A stretch of DNA of 64,000 nt from Anaerolineales bacterium (GCA_017985935.1 JAGNWT010000001.1:32871-96870); one strand, 5' to 3'. Counted from the stretch's first letter, positions 27,320 through 37,091 are shown. Numbers and translations are program-made. The notes: generated by a model not told the origin, from the sequence alone.

Positions 27320-28681
27320 TTAACCAGCGACCTGTAAAACTTCCAAGTGCAACTGATGTCCTTCAAACTTAAGCGGGCATCCCCCGCCGCACTCGGCAAC
27401 AAGGGAACAGGTCTCGCATTTGAAGGGCAGGTTCTGGCGTTCGCGCAACTGAACAGAGAGCTTGTGATTCCAGATCGAGTCCCATGAGTCGGTAAGGAAG
27501 TTGCCTAGCGGCTGGTAATAGGATTGGCAGGGAAGCACATTGCCATTGGATTCAATGCACATGCTGTAAAGCGCGGCAGTGCAGCCTTTCACTCCCAGGT
27601 TGCTCGCTGTGGGGTCGAACTCACAGTATTGGGTCGGCGTGTACCAGATGAGCCTTTGTCCACGGGCGGCGGTCTTTTGGGTGGCGACATCCAACAGGGG
27701 CTGCAACTCGCTCTCGCGCAGCCCCGTGCCAACGGTCAGACCTTGACCGGAAAGAATAAGGGCGTTGAGCCCAATGGTGGGGACTCCGTTATCGGCGAGA
27801 AAATCCAGCGTGGCGGGAATCGTATGCGCGTTCGTTCTCAGCATGGTGGTATTGGTCATCACGTAGAGTTTGGTCGCGAGGGCATTATTCAGCCCCGTTA
27901 TCGTCTGCTTGAACGCACCCTTTGCGCGCATCATTTCGTCGTGGATCTCAGGCACGCAAGATTCGACCGTGATCTGAACATGGTCAAGCCCGGCATCAAC
28001 AAGTTGTTGGACGTAATCCATATCCATCAGACGGCGGGCGTTCGTGTTCAGACCTGTGATCTGCCCGTTGCGTTCTGCATGCCGGATCAACTCTGGAAGA
28101 TCGTTTCGCAAGGTCGCTTCGCCGCCCGTGAAAACAATGTGCGGCACGCCCAAATCCCACAGCTTATCGAGAGTGGACTTCCATTGGTCGGTGCTGAGTT
28201 CGGGAAAGTTCCGCTCGCGGGCGTTATAGCAATGAGCACAGTCGTTGTTACAGCGATATGTGATGGCAAGGTCCATGCGGTAAGGCGCGGATGGTCTCGC
28301 ACTGAAAGGCATCACCGTATCAAGATCAAGTTCGTGGACGGGACATGCGCCATCGGGGCGCAGCAATTCAGAAAGTTGAACCTGAAAATCGGACAAGTCC
28401 GTGAACGCCTGGGTTTTGCTCACACGATAATTTCTGCGGATGGCGCTCAGCGCCTGATCTTCGCTTACTTTTTCCAATGTGAGATATGCCATGAACGCCG
28501 CGGTCGGATTCAGGTGCATGACACTGCTGGCATTGACGATGAGCGTGCCCGTGCCATCGGGGTCAATGCGGAGATGAATACGTGATTTCTCGGACCCATC
28601 TTCGCGCTGGTAATGATACAAGCCCGAGCCGGGGTTTTCGATCGAGGATTTACGATTAAATAGATTACTAAATAAACTCAT
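27320..28681 (-). CDS. Radical SAM/SPASM domain protein with an N-terminal RRE (PqqD-like) domain
   Basis: CNNDCAHC, FTGGEA, SPASM CTAALYSMC..GNVLPC and CETCSLVAECGGGCP; N-terminal LNPTAA...YRVSKTQAFTDL PqqD-like segment. Confidence 0.93.
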   Translation of the reverse strand: MSLFSNLFNRKSSIENPGSGLYHYQREDGSEKSRIHLRIDPDGTGTLIVNASSVMHLNPTAAFMAYLTLEKVSEDQALSAIRRNYRVSKTQAFTDLSDFQVQLSELLRPDGACPVHELDLDTVMPFSARPSAPYRMDLAITYRCNNDCAHCYNARERNFPELSTDQWKSTLDKLWDLGVPHIVFTGGEATLRNDLPELIRHAERNGQITGLNTNARRLMDMDYVQQLVDAGLDHVQITVESCVPEIHDEMMRAKGAFKQTITGLNNALATKLYVMTNTTMLRTNAHTIPATLDFLADNGVPTIGLNALILSGQGLTVGTGLRESELQPLLDVATQKTAARGQRLIWYTPTQYCEFDPTASNLGVKGCTAALYSMCIESNGNVLPCQSYYQPLGNFLTDSWDSIWNHKLSVQLRERQNLPFKCETCSLVAECGGGCPLKFEGHQLHLEVLQVAG

Positions 28682-28723
28682 GCTGACCTTTTCTCTGATC
28701 AATAAAGATTGAACCTGTCAAAT

Positions 28724-30382
28724 TTATCTTCCGCCGCCGGCACAGGCGCAGGCGCAGCCCGCACAGGCACAAGCGCAGGCACATGAACGTCCACCGCCGC
28801 CACCGCTCCGTCCGCTGGAAGTGGGTTTGGGCGGAGGGTTCGTGGCGCCTGTGATCTTCTCGGTGAAGGTGTTGACATTGCCCACGACCTTCGAGGAGAA
28901 GGTCTGCACGCCCGTCACCACTTGCGCGGCAAAGTCTGCGCCGGGCAGGGCTGTGCGGCTCGAGGGCTGACCCATGCTCGGGGTCGGGAATCCGCTCGAA
29001 GCCTGGGTGGGACGCGGGGCATAGGTTGGGTTATATCTCCCCCACCAATGCGGAAGGAAGATCGGTCCGTTGAAGACGCGCCGCGTGCGATCGTCGTAAT
29101 CTTTGTCGAGCATGGTCCATTCGAGGGCTTCGTCAAATTTCTGGCTCTTGACCTCTGGCGTGTCGGCGGCTTCGATCTGCTGCCAAGCTTTTTCCATGAT
29201 GGACTTGTAATACGCGACGGTTTCCTTGCGGCTGAATCCGCGCATCTTTTCTGAAACACTCTTGACCAACGCGATCATCATCGCCTGCAAGTCACCCTGA
29301 CGGGTCTTTTTATCTGCGGTCTTGAAAGCCTTGAGAAAATCCTTTTCGTACTGATGCAAACCATCGGGGGTGGGGTTGGCAACATCCAACTCGAGCGGGT
29401 CGCGGGTCTTGACCGATGCCGCCTCTTTCTTAATGGCGCCAAAGAGGATCATGGTCAACACCTTGTCGAGCGGCTGCTCCATGAGGATGGCAGATTCCAC
29501 AGCGGTCAATCCGCGCTTGATGCCGTGACCTTCAATGGCGACCTTGGGCGGCATGTACTGCATCTTGCGGCGTTGATTGCCGATCGCTGTCAATGTGGGA
29601 GCGCCAATGAACATGAAGGCAAAGAAACCGCAGCATATCACGTTGAAAATGGTGTCGGTGCTGATCAGCGGCTCGGAAGCAGGGACGGTAATGCTCTCCG
29701 CAGGGACGTAGGTCTTTGGGAAGGATGCGCCGAAAAGATAATATTCCGACGCGTTGGCCGAAGGTGAATACCAGGTATAGGTCACCCGGTTCTCTGAGTC
29801 ATAGACCGATTGCGGCTCAGATGGAAACCCCGAAGGCGCCGCGTGCCAACGCGGTTCCTGCTCGTTCATATTCGGCGGCAGATGAAAGGTGAGCGTGAAA
29901 TCAGTATTCCCTGTTACATACTGCGAGCCGAAATAAGTGGGAGCAAATGCGGCGCTGGCGTAGGCTTCGTCGTTATCGTCTGGATACAGCACGCCGGTGA
30001 TCCGGCCGACATAAACATGCACGGTTGCGGTTCCGCCGGCAGGGATGGATTGACTTCCAAGCACAACAGCAAAACCCGATCCACCTCCCTGATAATCGCC
30101 GGTCGAGACCGATACAGGCACCCCGTCCACATCGGCTTGGATCGTGCCGGTATCAAAGTTGTAGTTAGGCATGCCCACATCTACAAAGTCGATCTCATGC
30201 GAGTCGGGTTGGTTGGTGAAGACCCACGTGTAATCCAAACTTTGAGAGCCGTCTGAATTCCAATAGACGTGCACCACCTGTTTGTTCACTTGAAAGTAAT
30301 ATGGAAGGTCCTGCGCAGATACATTCGCTGCGCCCCCCATCGTAAGCAAAATCACCAGTGCGAATAAAAATATTTTTTTCAT
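28724..30382 (-). CDS. DUF2207-like single-pass membrane protein with a C-terminal Cys-Ala repeat tail
   Basis: Signal peptide, beta-rich exported domain, TM helix (NVICCGFFAFMFIGAPTL), cytoplasmic domain, Gly linker, tail SCACACACAGCACACAGGGR; GGAGG RBS. Confidence 0.85.
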   Translation of the reverse strand: MKKIFLFALVILLTMGGAANVSAQDLPYYFQVNKQVVHVYWNSDGSQSLDYTWVFTNQPDSHEIDFVDVGMPNYNFDTGTIQADVDGVPVSVSTGDYQGGGSGFAVVLGSQSIPAGGTATVHVYVGRITGVLYPDDNDEAYASAAFAPTYFGSQYVTGNTDFTLTFHLPPNMNEQEPRWHAAPSGFPSEPQSVYDSENRVTYTWYSPSANASEYYLFGASFPKTYVPAESITVPASEPLISTDTIFNVICCGFFAFMFIGAPTLTAIGNQRRKMQYMPPKVAIEGHGIKRGLTAVESAILMEQPLDKVLTMILFGAIKKEAASVKTRDPLELDVANPTPDGLHQYEKDFLKAFKTADKKTRQGDLQAMMIALVKSVSEKMRGFSRKETVAYYKSIMEKAWQQIEAADTPEVKSQKFDEALEWTMLDKDYDDRTRRVFNGPIFLPHWWGRYNPTYAPRPTQASSGFPTPSMGQPSSRTALPGADFAAQVVTGVQTFSSKVVGNVNTFTEKITGATNPPPKPTSSGRSGGGGGRSCACACACAGCACACAGGGR

Positions 30383-30419
30383 ACAACCTCCAACGTTGAA
30401 CCTTGAACGTTAACCGTTC

Positions 30420-30824
30420 CTACCACTTCGGTTCTTCTGTCAGTTGATAGACCGTGCCGCAGAAGGGACATTCCACCGTAGGCGCGCCTGCGATCATCTT
30501 TACATTATCGGCCTTCAATGAGCCGCCGCAGGATCTGCACTTCATCTGCTCAACCTTGGTCTGGGCAGGCAGATCGATCTTATAGGTGATGTTATCTCCG
30601 CCGCCGCCAGCCGCCTTTTGCCTGCTCGCAAAAACGATCAGCCCAATGCCTCCTCCAAGGAAAGCCACGCCAACGCAGGAGAAAGCAATGCCAAAGGTCA
30701 GCCACGACCCGCTCCCCTGGGCGGAGGTGGAACCGATGACACTTAATACGCCATAGCCAAAGAGGCAAACTCCGATCAACAACAAAATCCCCGCTCCGAT
30801 ATACATTAATGTCTTGTTGCCCAT
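30420..30824 (-). CDS. Two-TM membrane protein with a C-terminal zinc ribbon
   Basis: Two hydrophobic helices, then CRSCGG...CPFCG; AAGGAG RBS before ATG 30824. Confidence 0.8.
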   Translation of the reverse strand: MGNKTLMYIGAGILLLIGVCLFGYGVLSVIGSTSAQGSGSWLTFGIAFSCVGVAFLGGGIGLIVFASRQKAAGGGGDNITYKIDLPAQTKVEQMKCRSCGGSLKADNVKMIAGAPTVECPFCGTVYQLTEEPKW

Positions 30825-30947
30825 ACGAATGAAACTCCTTATTGATCCGACTACCAAACTACATACGTAAAGTTTAGCATTTTCGTCTCATAAAGGCATG
30901 TGACTTTCATCCATTAATCTTCCTATGTCAGTCCAATTCAAAATCTG

Positions 30948-32129
30948 CTAAACTCTTTGCGGTAGCCGTACACGCAGGGCTGTAAAAAAGTTTATGATGG
31001 CTATTCCCATTCCTAACAGAAAAACATATTGAAAACCAAACGTGTTCCAGATAACCCCGCCCACCAGTGCAGCGGTGATCGAGAACACATGGTCAATTGT
31101 GACAGCAGCGGTCAACGCAGGCTGGATGTGATCGGGCTGTAACGCGATCTTTTTCATGTACGTGGCTCGCGCCATGCTGACCGAAAAAATCATCTGATCG
31201 ATCAGGAAGCAGACACACACCACAAGAAAAGCAACTTCTTCAGAGAAGATAAATTTTGCAAATCCATAACCTATACAAACAAAGACCAGAACGACAGCCT
31301 CTGAAGCCAGCACAACGCGTTCACCAAATTTATCGATCGCCCACCCAAGCAAAGGCTGAAATAGGATTCCGATCACCCCGCCAATGGTAAACAAGGTCGC
31401 CATGATCTGGGTTGGCTGCCCCAACACACTGACCAACACCCAGGGGGCAAAAGTAATGAAAAGCTGTTTGCGGGCACCCGAAAGTACATTCAAGGTGTAA
31501 TACAAACGATATTCCGGATGCAGTTGTAAAAATCCGCGCCGCTCAACGACCGGTTCTGGGGTCATCATGAATAATAAAACAGCAGCAATGACCAGTAAAA
31601 CAGCGGAAATGGCAAATGTGTGTTGAAAGGAAAATCCAAGATATTTGAATCCCAGCACCACACTGAAACTGCCTAAAATGGCCGCAAGATTGCGGATGGA
31701 ATTGATCTGCCCAAGGCGGCGCCCATCCTGCCCTTCTCGCGCCAGTTCCATGCCAATGGTCGAAGCGAGCGGCATAAAAAGGTGATTGCCCATGCTATAC
31801 ACAAACAACCAAAGCAACATCACAGAATAACCGGAAGAAGCAAAACCGATCAGTACTGCGCCTAATGCGCCAAGGATCATTGCCACCACACTCAGCCTGC
31901 GCGAACAAAGAAATCCCATCGCCGCTGAAACAAATACCACCAGAAAGCCGGGCAATTCGCGCGGAAATTCCAAAAAGGAACGCTGGAATCCCGTCAATGC
32001 AAATTTTTCGTTGAGAAAATTGTTGAAAGTAGAATCGAACATGCTGAATGCCATGCCAAGAGCCAGCGCGGCAGAGGCAAAAAGGATAAGTTCACGCGAA
32101 GACCGCCTGAAACGAGATATAAGATTCAT
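30948..32129 (-). CDS. MFS transporter
   Basis: About 12 TM helices; IDKFGER motif A-like loop. Confidence 0.85.
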   Translation of the reverse strand: MNLISRFRRSSRELILFASAALALGMAFSMFDSTFNNFLNEKFALTGFQRSFLEFPRELPGFLVVFVSAAMGFLCSRRLSVVAMILGALGAVLIGFASSGYSVMLLWLFVYSMGNHLFMPLASTIGMELAREGQDGRRLGQINSIRNLAAILGSFSVVLGFKYLGFSFQHTFAISAVLLVIAAVLLFMMTPEPVVERRGFLQLHPEYRLYYTLNVLSGARKQLFITFAPWVLVSVLGQPTQIMATLFTIGGVIGILFQPLLGWAIDKFGERVVLASEAVVLVFVCIGYGFAKFIFSEEVAFLVVCVCFLIDQMIFSVSMARATYMKKIALQPDHIQPALTAAVTIDHVFSITAALVGGVIWNTFGFQYVFLLGMGIAIINFFTALRVRLPQRV

Positions 32130-32338
32130 GGATAACCTCGGTGGAAGATGTAAGGAATTCTAGCACGTTCATACAGGAAAGAACGGGACATTTTTCATCG
32201 AATAGCATGCCACTTGTCCTACATCTAATTTTTGGTTGGATTTATACTTGAAGAAATTCAACTATCCACAACGAACCTCAGGTACATAAGAAATTATCTT
32301 TCTACCTTTGGACCCTTTGTGAAAATCGGTGGTGAAAA

Positions 32339-33991
32339 ATGACAATCAACGACCAATACAAAAAATGGAAAGAAACCACTCTCAAAAAATCTTTGGAAAA
32401 ATTCAAGGAGCGGAAGGAACGCTTCGAGTTTTCTTCGGGGATCGAAGTGCCGCGCCTCGCAACTCCGCCCGAGCCTGATTCGGTCTACGAAGAGAAGTTA
32501 GGCTACCCGGGAGAGTATCCCTACACCCGCGGAGTCCAGCCAACGATGTATCGTTCGCGCTTCTGGACGATGCGCCAGTATGCGGGCTTTTCGACGGCGG
32601 AAGAGTCGAACAAGCGTTACCGTTATTTGCTGGGACAAGGTCAAACGGGGCTATCGGTTGCGTTCGACCTCCCAACTCAAATTGGGTATGATGCGGACGA
32701 TCCCATCGCACAGGGAGAGGTCGGTAAAGTGGGCGTGTCCATTTCGTCGATCAAAGACATGGAGCAATTATTCGATCAGATTCCATTAGATAAAGTTTCT
32801 ACATCCATGACCATCAACGCACCGGCGGGAGTTTTGCTGGCGATGTATATCGCGGTTGCCAAACGCCAGGGCGCGGACATGCACCAACTGCGCGGCACGA
32901 TCCAGAATGACATCCTCAAAGAATATGTGGCGCGTGGAACGTATATCTTCCCCCCTGCCCCGTCGATGCGACTCATCACGGACATCTTCCAGTTCTGCGC
33001 CAGAGAAGTGCCATATTGGAACACGATCTCGATCTCGGGCTATCACATCCGTGAAGCTGGTTCGACCGCCGTGCAGGAAGTGGCGTTCACCCTCGCGAAC
33101 GGAATAGCTTACGTGGAAGCCGCGCTCAAAGCCGGACTGAACGTGGACGATTTCGCGGGTCAGCTTTCGTTCTTCTTCAACGCGCACAATAACCTGCTCG
33201 AAGAAGTTGCCAAATTCCGCGCGGCGAGACGGATGTGGGCACGCATCATGCGTGAACGCTTCAAAGCACAGAAGCCGTCTTCATGGCAGTTGCGCTTCCA
33301 CACGCAAACCGCTGGTTCGACCCTCACCGCACAACAGCCGGAAAATAACGTCGTGCGTGTTACGTTACAAGCTCTTTCCGCCGTCCTCGGCGGGACTCAG
33401 TCTCTGCACACCAATAGCATGGACGAAGCCCTCTGGCTGCCCACCGAAAAATCGGTGCGGGTTGCCTTGCGAACTCAACAGATCATCGCCTACGAATCCG
33501 GAGTCGCAGATTCGATCGATCCGCTGGCGGGTTCGTATCTCATTGAACATCTGACCGATGAAATCGAAAAAGGCGCGCTGGACTATATCTCCAAGATCGA
33601 TGAAATGGGCGGAGCCTTGCAATCCATCGAACGCGGATACATGCAGAACGAAATTCAGAATGCGGCATATTCGGCACAGCAGGAGATCGAGCACAAAGAA
33701 CAGATCGTGGTGGGCGTCAATCAATTCCATGTGGACGAAGCCCTGACACTGGAACGCTTGAAGGTGGATCCATCGATTGAGTTGGGACAGCGTGAGAAAC
33801 TGAAGAAGTTGAGAGAGGCTAGAAATCAGGAACGAGTTAATGAGTTATTAGGGCAGTTGATGAATGCCGCGAAAGGCACCGACAACCTGATGCCGCTCTT
33901 CATTGAGTGCGCTGAAAATGACATCACCCTCGGCGAGATCTGCAATACGCTCAGAGGTGTTTGGGGCGAGTACGTGGCGGAGGGATTTTAG
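32339..33991 (+). CDS. Methylmalonyl-CoA mutase family, catalytic (large) subunit, split type
   Basis: [37 protein letters not shown]; no DxHxxG B12-binding domain. Confidence 0.93.
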   Translation: MTINDQYKKWKETTLKKSLEKFKERKERFEFSSGIEVPRLATPPEPDSVYEEKLGYPGEYPYTRGVQPTMYRSRFWTMRQYAGFSTAEESNKRYRYLLGQGQTGLSVAFDLPTQIGYDADDPIAQGEVGKVGVSISSIKDMEQLFDQIPLDKVSTSMTINAPAGVLLAMYIAVAKRQGADMHQLRGTIQNDILKEYVARGTYIFPPAPSMRLITDIFQFCAREVPYWNTISISGYHIREAGSTAVQEVAFTLANGIAYVEAALKAGLNVDDFAGQLSFFFNAHNNLLEEVAKFRAARRMWARIMRERFKAQKPSSWQLRFHTQTAGSTLTAQQPENNVVRVTLQALSAVLGGTQSLHTNSMDEALWLPTEKSVRVALRTQQIIAYESGVADSIDPLAGSYLIEHLTDEIEKGALDYISKIDEMGGALQSIERGYMQNEIQNAAYSAQQEIEHKEQIVVGVNQFHVDEALTLERLKVDPSIELGQREKLKKLREARNQERVNELLGQLMNAAKGTDNLMPLFIECAENDITLGEICNTLRGVWGEYVAEGF

Positions 33992-34189
33992 ACCACCCCA
34001 ACAATTAACCTCAAATTCAATTTGGGGCAGTGCAAGAGTCAGCGTTTATCCGCGTCCCATATTCTCATAAGAACACTTCCCCTCGAAACCTTAATTTCGG
34101 GGGGAGTTATGTTTTTGTTTTCAAATATCTTCTACTCAACAGCTTTTCATTCAACATATAATTGAAAAATCATCGGAAAGGAAAACGAT

Positions 34190-34867
34190 ATGACACCTCA
34201 AACTCCACTCAGCAAACGCGAGCGGGACGTGGTCGATCTTTTACTGGCAGGCAAAAGCAACAAGCTGATCGCCCACGCGCTCGGCATCACTGAACGCACG
34301 GTTGAATTCCACCTGAAAAACATCTACACAAAATATCAAGTCAATTCGAGAATGGAGTTGGTCTTAAACCTGAGGCAATCCACAGTTGCGGGCGAGGGCA
34401 AAGACGCAGAAAATGGAGGCACGTCCAGTCTATCGGGCTGGGCAAAATCCACTTTCAAAGAAGCCGTCTTTCGAATCGGCAAGGAGATAGAAATGAACAA
34501 GCCTGCAACACCCACCCCGCTCAACGAGGCAGACCCGGTCACCTTTCAAGAAGCGATCCGCATTTGCTTCGTCAAATATGCGGATTTTACAGGTCGCGCA
34601 TCACGCCCTGAATTCTGGTGGTTCACTCTCTTTATGCTGCTCCTCACCGCAGCGTTCACCTCCGTCAGCGAAACATTCGGCAGCATCTTCCAGATCGCCA
34701 TGCTACTCCCATTTCTGGCGGTCGGCGCGCGCCGGTTGCGCGATGGCGGCAATAATCCCTGGTGGTTATTCGGTCTGCTCATTCCGATCGGCGGCATCAT
34801 TCTGCTGGGTATCTACTGGTCCATGCCGCCCGCCAAAGCGCTGACGGAAGACTCGCTCCCGGCGTAA
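34190..34867 (+). CDS. LuxR-type HTH fused to a DUF805 membrane domain
   Basis: LSKRERDV...TVEFHLKNIYTK (GerE/LuxR); YADFTGRASRPEFWWF..VGARRLRDGG (DUF805). Confidence 0.85.
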   Translation: MTPQTPLSKRERDVVDLLLAGKSNKLIAHALGITERTVEFHLKNIYTKYQVNSRMELVLNLRQSTVAGEGKDAENGGTSSLSGWAKSTFKEAVFRIGKEIEMNKPATPTPLNEADPVTFQEAIRICFVKYADFTGRASRPEFWWFTLFMLLLTAAFTSVSETFGSIFQIAMLLPFLAVGARRLRDGGNNPWWLFGLLIPIGGIILLGIYWSMPPAKALTEDSLPA

Positions 34868-34879
34868 TGGTCACCCAAA

Positions 34880-34926
34880 AGAGACGGTCACCCTGCCTGC
34901 CCGGCAAAGTGACCGTCTCTTTTTTC
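34880..34926. terminator. Bidirectional terminator
   Basis: AAAAGAGACGGTCAC...GTGACCGTCTCTTTTTT between convergent genes. Confidence 0.75.
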
Positions 34927-34941
34927 ATGCGTGCTGTTTAT

Positions 34942-35340
34942 TTATTGCAACTCGGTTTCGCAGGTAATGAAAGTGTCAGTGCCCTGACCTCCCAAACAGA
35001 CATCGGCATCATCACCGCCGGTTATCTGATCGTCTCCATTACCGCTCAAAATGCAATCATCGCCGCCCAATCCATCGATCGTATCGACACCGGAACTTCC
35101 AAAGATCAGGTCGTTGCTTGCCGTGCCGTTGATCGTGCCCGCCCCTCTCACGATGTTCGTCAAGGTCATGCTGCAAACCGCCGGCTTGAGATCTTGGGCG
35201 CTCACTGAAAGAATAATATTATCCACGCTCGATGGTTCCGCCAGCATGCTGGAGGCGAATGCAGCCAGCACGCTGAAAAGGATCAGCATGACCCATCCAA
35301 AAACAATGACCCGAAAAAAAAAGCGGAACTTCATCGTCAA
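34942..35340 (-). CDS. Secreted protein with RTX-like Ca-binding nonapeptide repeats
   Basis: Signal peptide ending AAFA; GSSGVDTIDGLGGDD, SGNGDDQITGGDDAD, GGQGTD. Confidence 0.75.
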   Translation of the reverse strand: MTMKFRFFFRVIVFGWVMLILFSVLAAFASSMLAEPSSVDNIILSVSAQDLKPAVCSMTLTNIVRGAGTINGTASNDLIFGSSGVDTIDGLGGDDCILSGNGDDQITGGDDADVCLGGQGTDTFITCETELQ

Positions 35341-35369
35341 GTCACCCGGGCATCATGCCAACCCATCGC

Positions 35370-37091
35370 CTAATTTGAATCTTCCTGATCGTTATACGGA
35401 AGCGGTCCATCATAAGAAATTACAACTTTCTTGGGAATGAAATTCACGGGCGCATGCCCATTTCCATTTCCATTTCCGTTATTGCCATTCAAGCCTACTG
35501 GGACCTCTACTTGTGGAGCGGGTATGGTGGAAGGGATCTCGGTCCGCAAGGTCTGGGGCATCTGCCGAACGGGCGCTGAACGACTTTGATAGCGATAGGT
35601 TGTCCCTTCGCATTGAATAAAATAGCAATGCGATTGGTTATGCGTCATGTGAAGGATCATCGCGTTCTGCCGCTCTGCCAATTTCGCCAGGTCTTCAATG
35701 GACGCGACATCGATCACCGTCGCAGTATTTTCAAATCCGCGTTCAAACACATCCATCACCAAAGACCCATACCGAATGCGTATCAACGCCTCCGGGTCAC
35801 GCTGGGTCAAACTGTAAACATATAAAGCCAGGAACAGAGAAAGCAATAACGACACGCCAAATCCGCCGACCCCGATCGTTCGCAGATCCTGAACGCCCAA
35901 ATCCATGCCAAGTATTTTTACCGTGTTGGGCTGAATGCCCGGGTTGGGGATCGTTCCGCTCTGGTTGGATTGCAGCGGTCCATTCTCGCCGCTCTTGATC
36001 AAATAGAAATGAACTTTATCGAACTGAAAGATAAGGGAAGAGTCAAAAGATTCGTACATGCTTTGCCCGGCGCTCTTGCCAGAAACAGACATCTTGGAAG
36101 TGATCATCAAGGTCGTGCTCGGCTGGAAGCCGGTCTTCTCGCCGATCGTATCGACAAGGCTTTGGAATTGGCACAAGTCCACGGGAGTTGTGGATGAGAA
36201 CGAAGTTCCGTTAAAGGATGTCTCGGTCGTGAGCGGAATGGTCCGCTGCCAACCGCTTTGGGGGTCTATGATCTGCGCAATAAATTGATGCGTACCGGAA
36301 GCTTCCTGGAAGTCGCCAGCGAGGTTGTACGAAAAACCTAAAATGATCGAACAGGTAAGTTTTGTAAAGATCGGTTCCCCGGAATGAATGACCTCGGTAT
36401 CAAAAATCCCCATGGGGCTGGTCGCCGAATAATAGAAAACTCCTTCGTGTTGATACTCAATATCGTCAGCGGCACGCATGGTGGGCTGAGTGAATGAATA
36501 GATCGTTAAAACCAGAAAAGCCAGCAAAAAAAAGCCGAGTATGTAAATGGTTAACTCAACCCACCCGGTGGAAGCTCCAGCGGGTTGTTGGTTCTTCTTT
36601 TTTCCCCTTTGATTTTTTGGTTGATCTTGTCCGAGCATAAGAACACCTCCCAAACCGCCTACTATGAACGCCATGTTGATGGGTAACCGCAGCCAAAGCA
36701 CGGTCTGTCCAAGTTTAGGCAAGTGAAGCCATAATTTTCCAACCAGTTCATCCTTTGTGGGATGAAACGTATCGATCCACGCGTTGTTATCACCCTTGAT
36801 GACGAAGCGTCCCTGCTCCACATCGATGATCCGGTGAATGACATACACTTCCATTTCAGGGTCGCGATACGTGACGATATCGCCTACACGATAATCTGAT
36901 GCGGACTTTACAATGACGAGGTCGCCGCCATGGAATTTCGGTTCCATGCTGATGCCGTTCACCATGACATAAGATGCCTTGCCGCCCACCTTTAACGGGG
37001 CAAATTCGATCCACAAGATGACCATGACCGCGGCCATGATCAAGAAGAGGAATTTATTTGCGATCGATGGAAAGCGAACTACGCTGTGCAT
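35370..37091 (-). CDS. sipW: SipW-type (archaeal/ER-type) signal peptidase I fused to a DUF5305-like domain
   Basis: VNGISMEPKFHGGDLV, YVIHRII (Ser/His dyad), KGDNN..D; long C-terminal extension ending RIRYGSLV...ASIEDLAKLAER. Confidence 0.8.
   Translation of the reverse strand: MHSVVRFPSIANKFLFLIMAAVMVILWIEFAPLKVGGKASYVMVNGISMEPKFHGGDLVIVKSASDYRVGDIVTYRDPEMEVYVIHRIIDVEQGRFVIKGDNNAWIDTFHPTKDELVGKLWLHLPKLGQTVLWLRLPINMAFIVGGLGGVLMLGQDQPKNQRGKKKNQQPAGASTGWVELTIYILGFFLLAFLVLTIYSFTQPTMRAADDIEYQHEGVFYYSATSPMGIFDTEVIHSGEPIFTKLTCSIILGFSYNLAGDFQEASGTHQFIAQIIDPQSGWQRTIPLTTETSFNGTSFSSTTPVDLCQFQSLVDTIGEKTGFQPSTTLMITSKMSVSGKSAGQSMYESFDSSLIFQFDKVHFYLIKSGENGPLQSNQSGTIPNPGIQPNTVKILGMDLGVQDLRTIGVGGFGVSLLLSLFLALYVYSLTQRDPEALIRIRYGSLVMDVFERGFENTATVIDVASIEDLAKLAERQNAMILHMTHNQSHCYFIQCEGTTYRYQSRSAPVRQMPQTLRTEIPSTIPAPQVEVPVGLNGNNGNGNGNGHAPVNFIPKKVVISYDGPLPYNDQEDSN

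Noticed and set aside
24751-30824. Selenocysteine read-through in the Cys-rich operon
   Set aside because: No in-frame TGA at Cys-equivalent positions; the lost Cys in the paralog are sense substitutions, and the tail ends at TAA.
33781-33850. Apparent heptamer periodicity inside the mutase gene
   Set aside because: It encodes normal mutase C-terminal sequence and the register is not maintained.
32339-33991. Isobutyryl-CoA or 2-hydroxyisobutyryl-CoA mutase
   Set aside because: The specificity residue is Tyr (MRQYAGF), as in methylmalonyl-CoA mutase.
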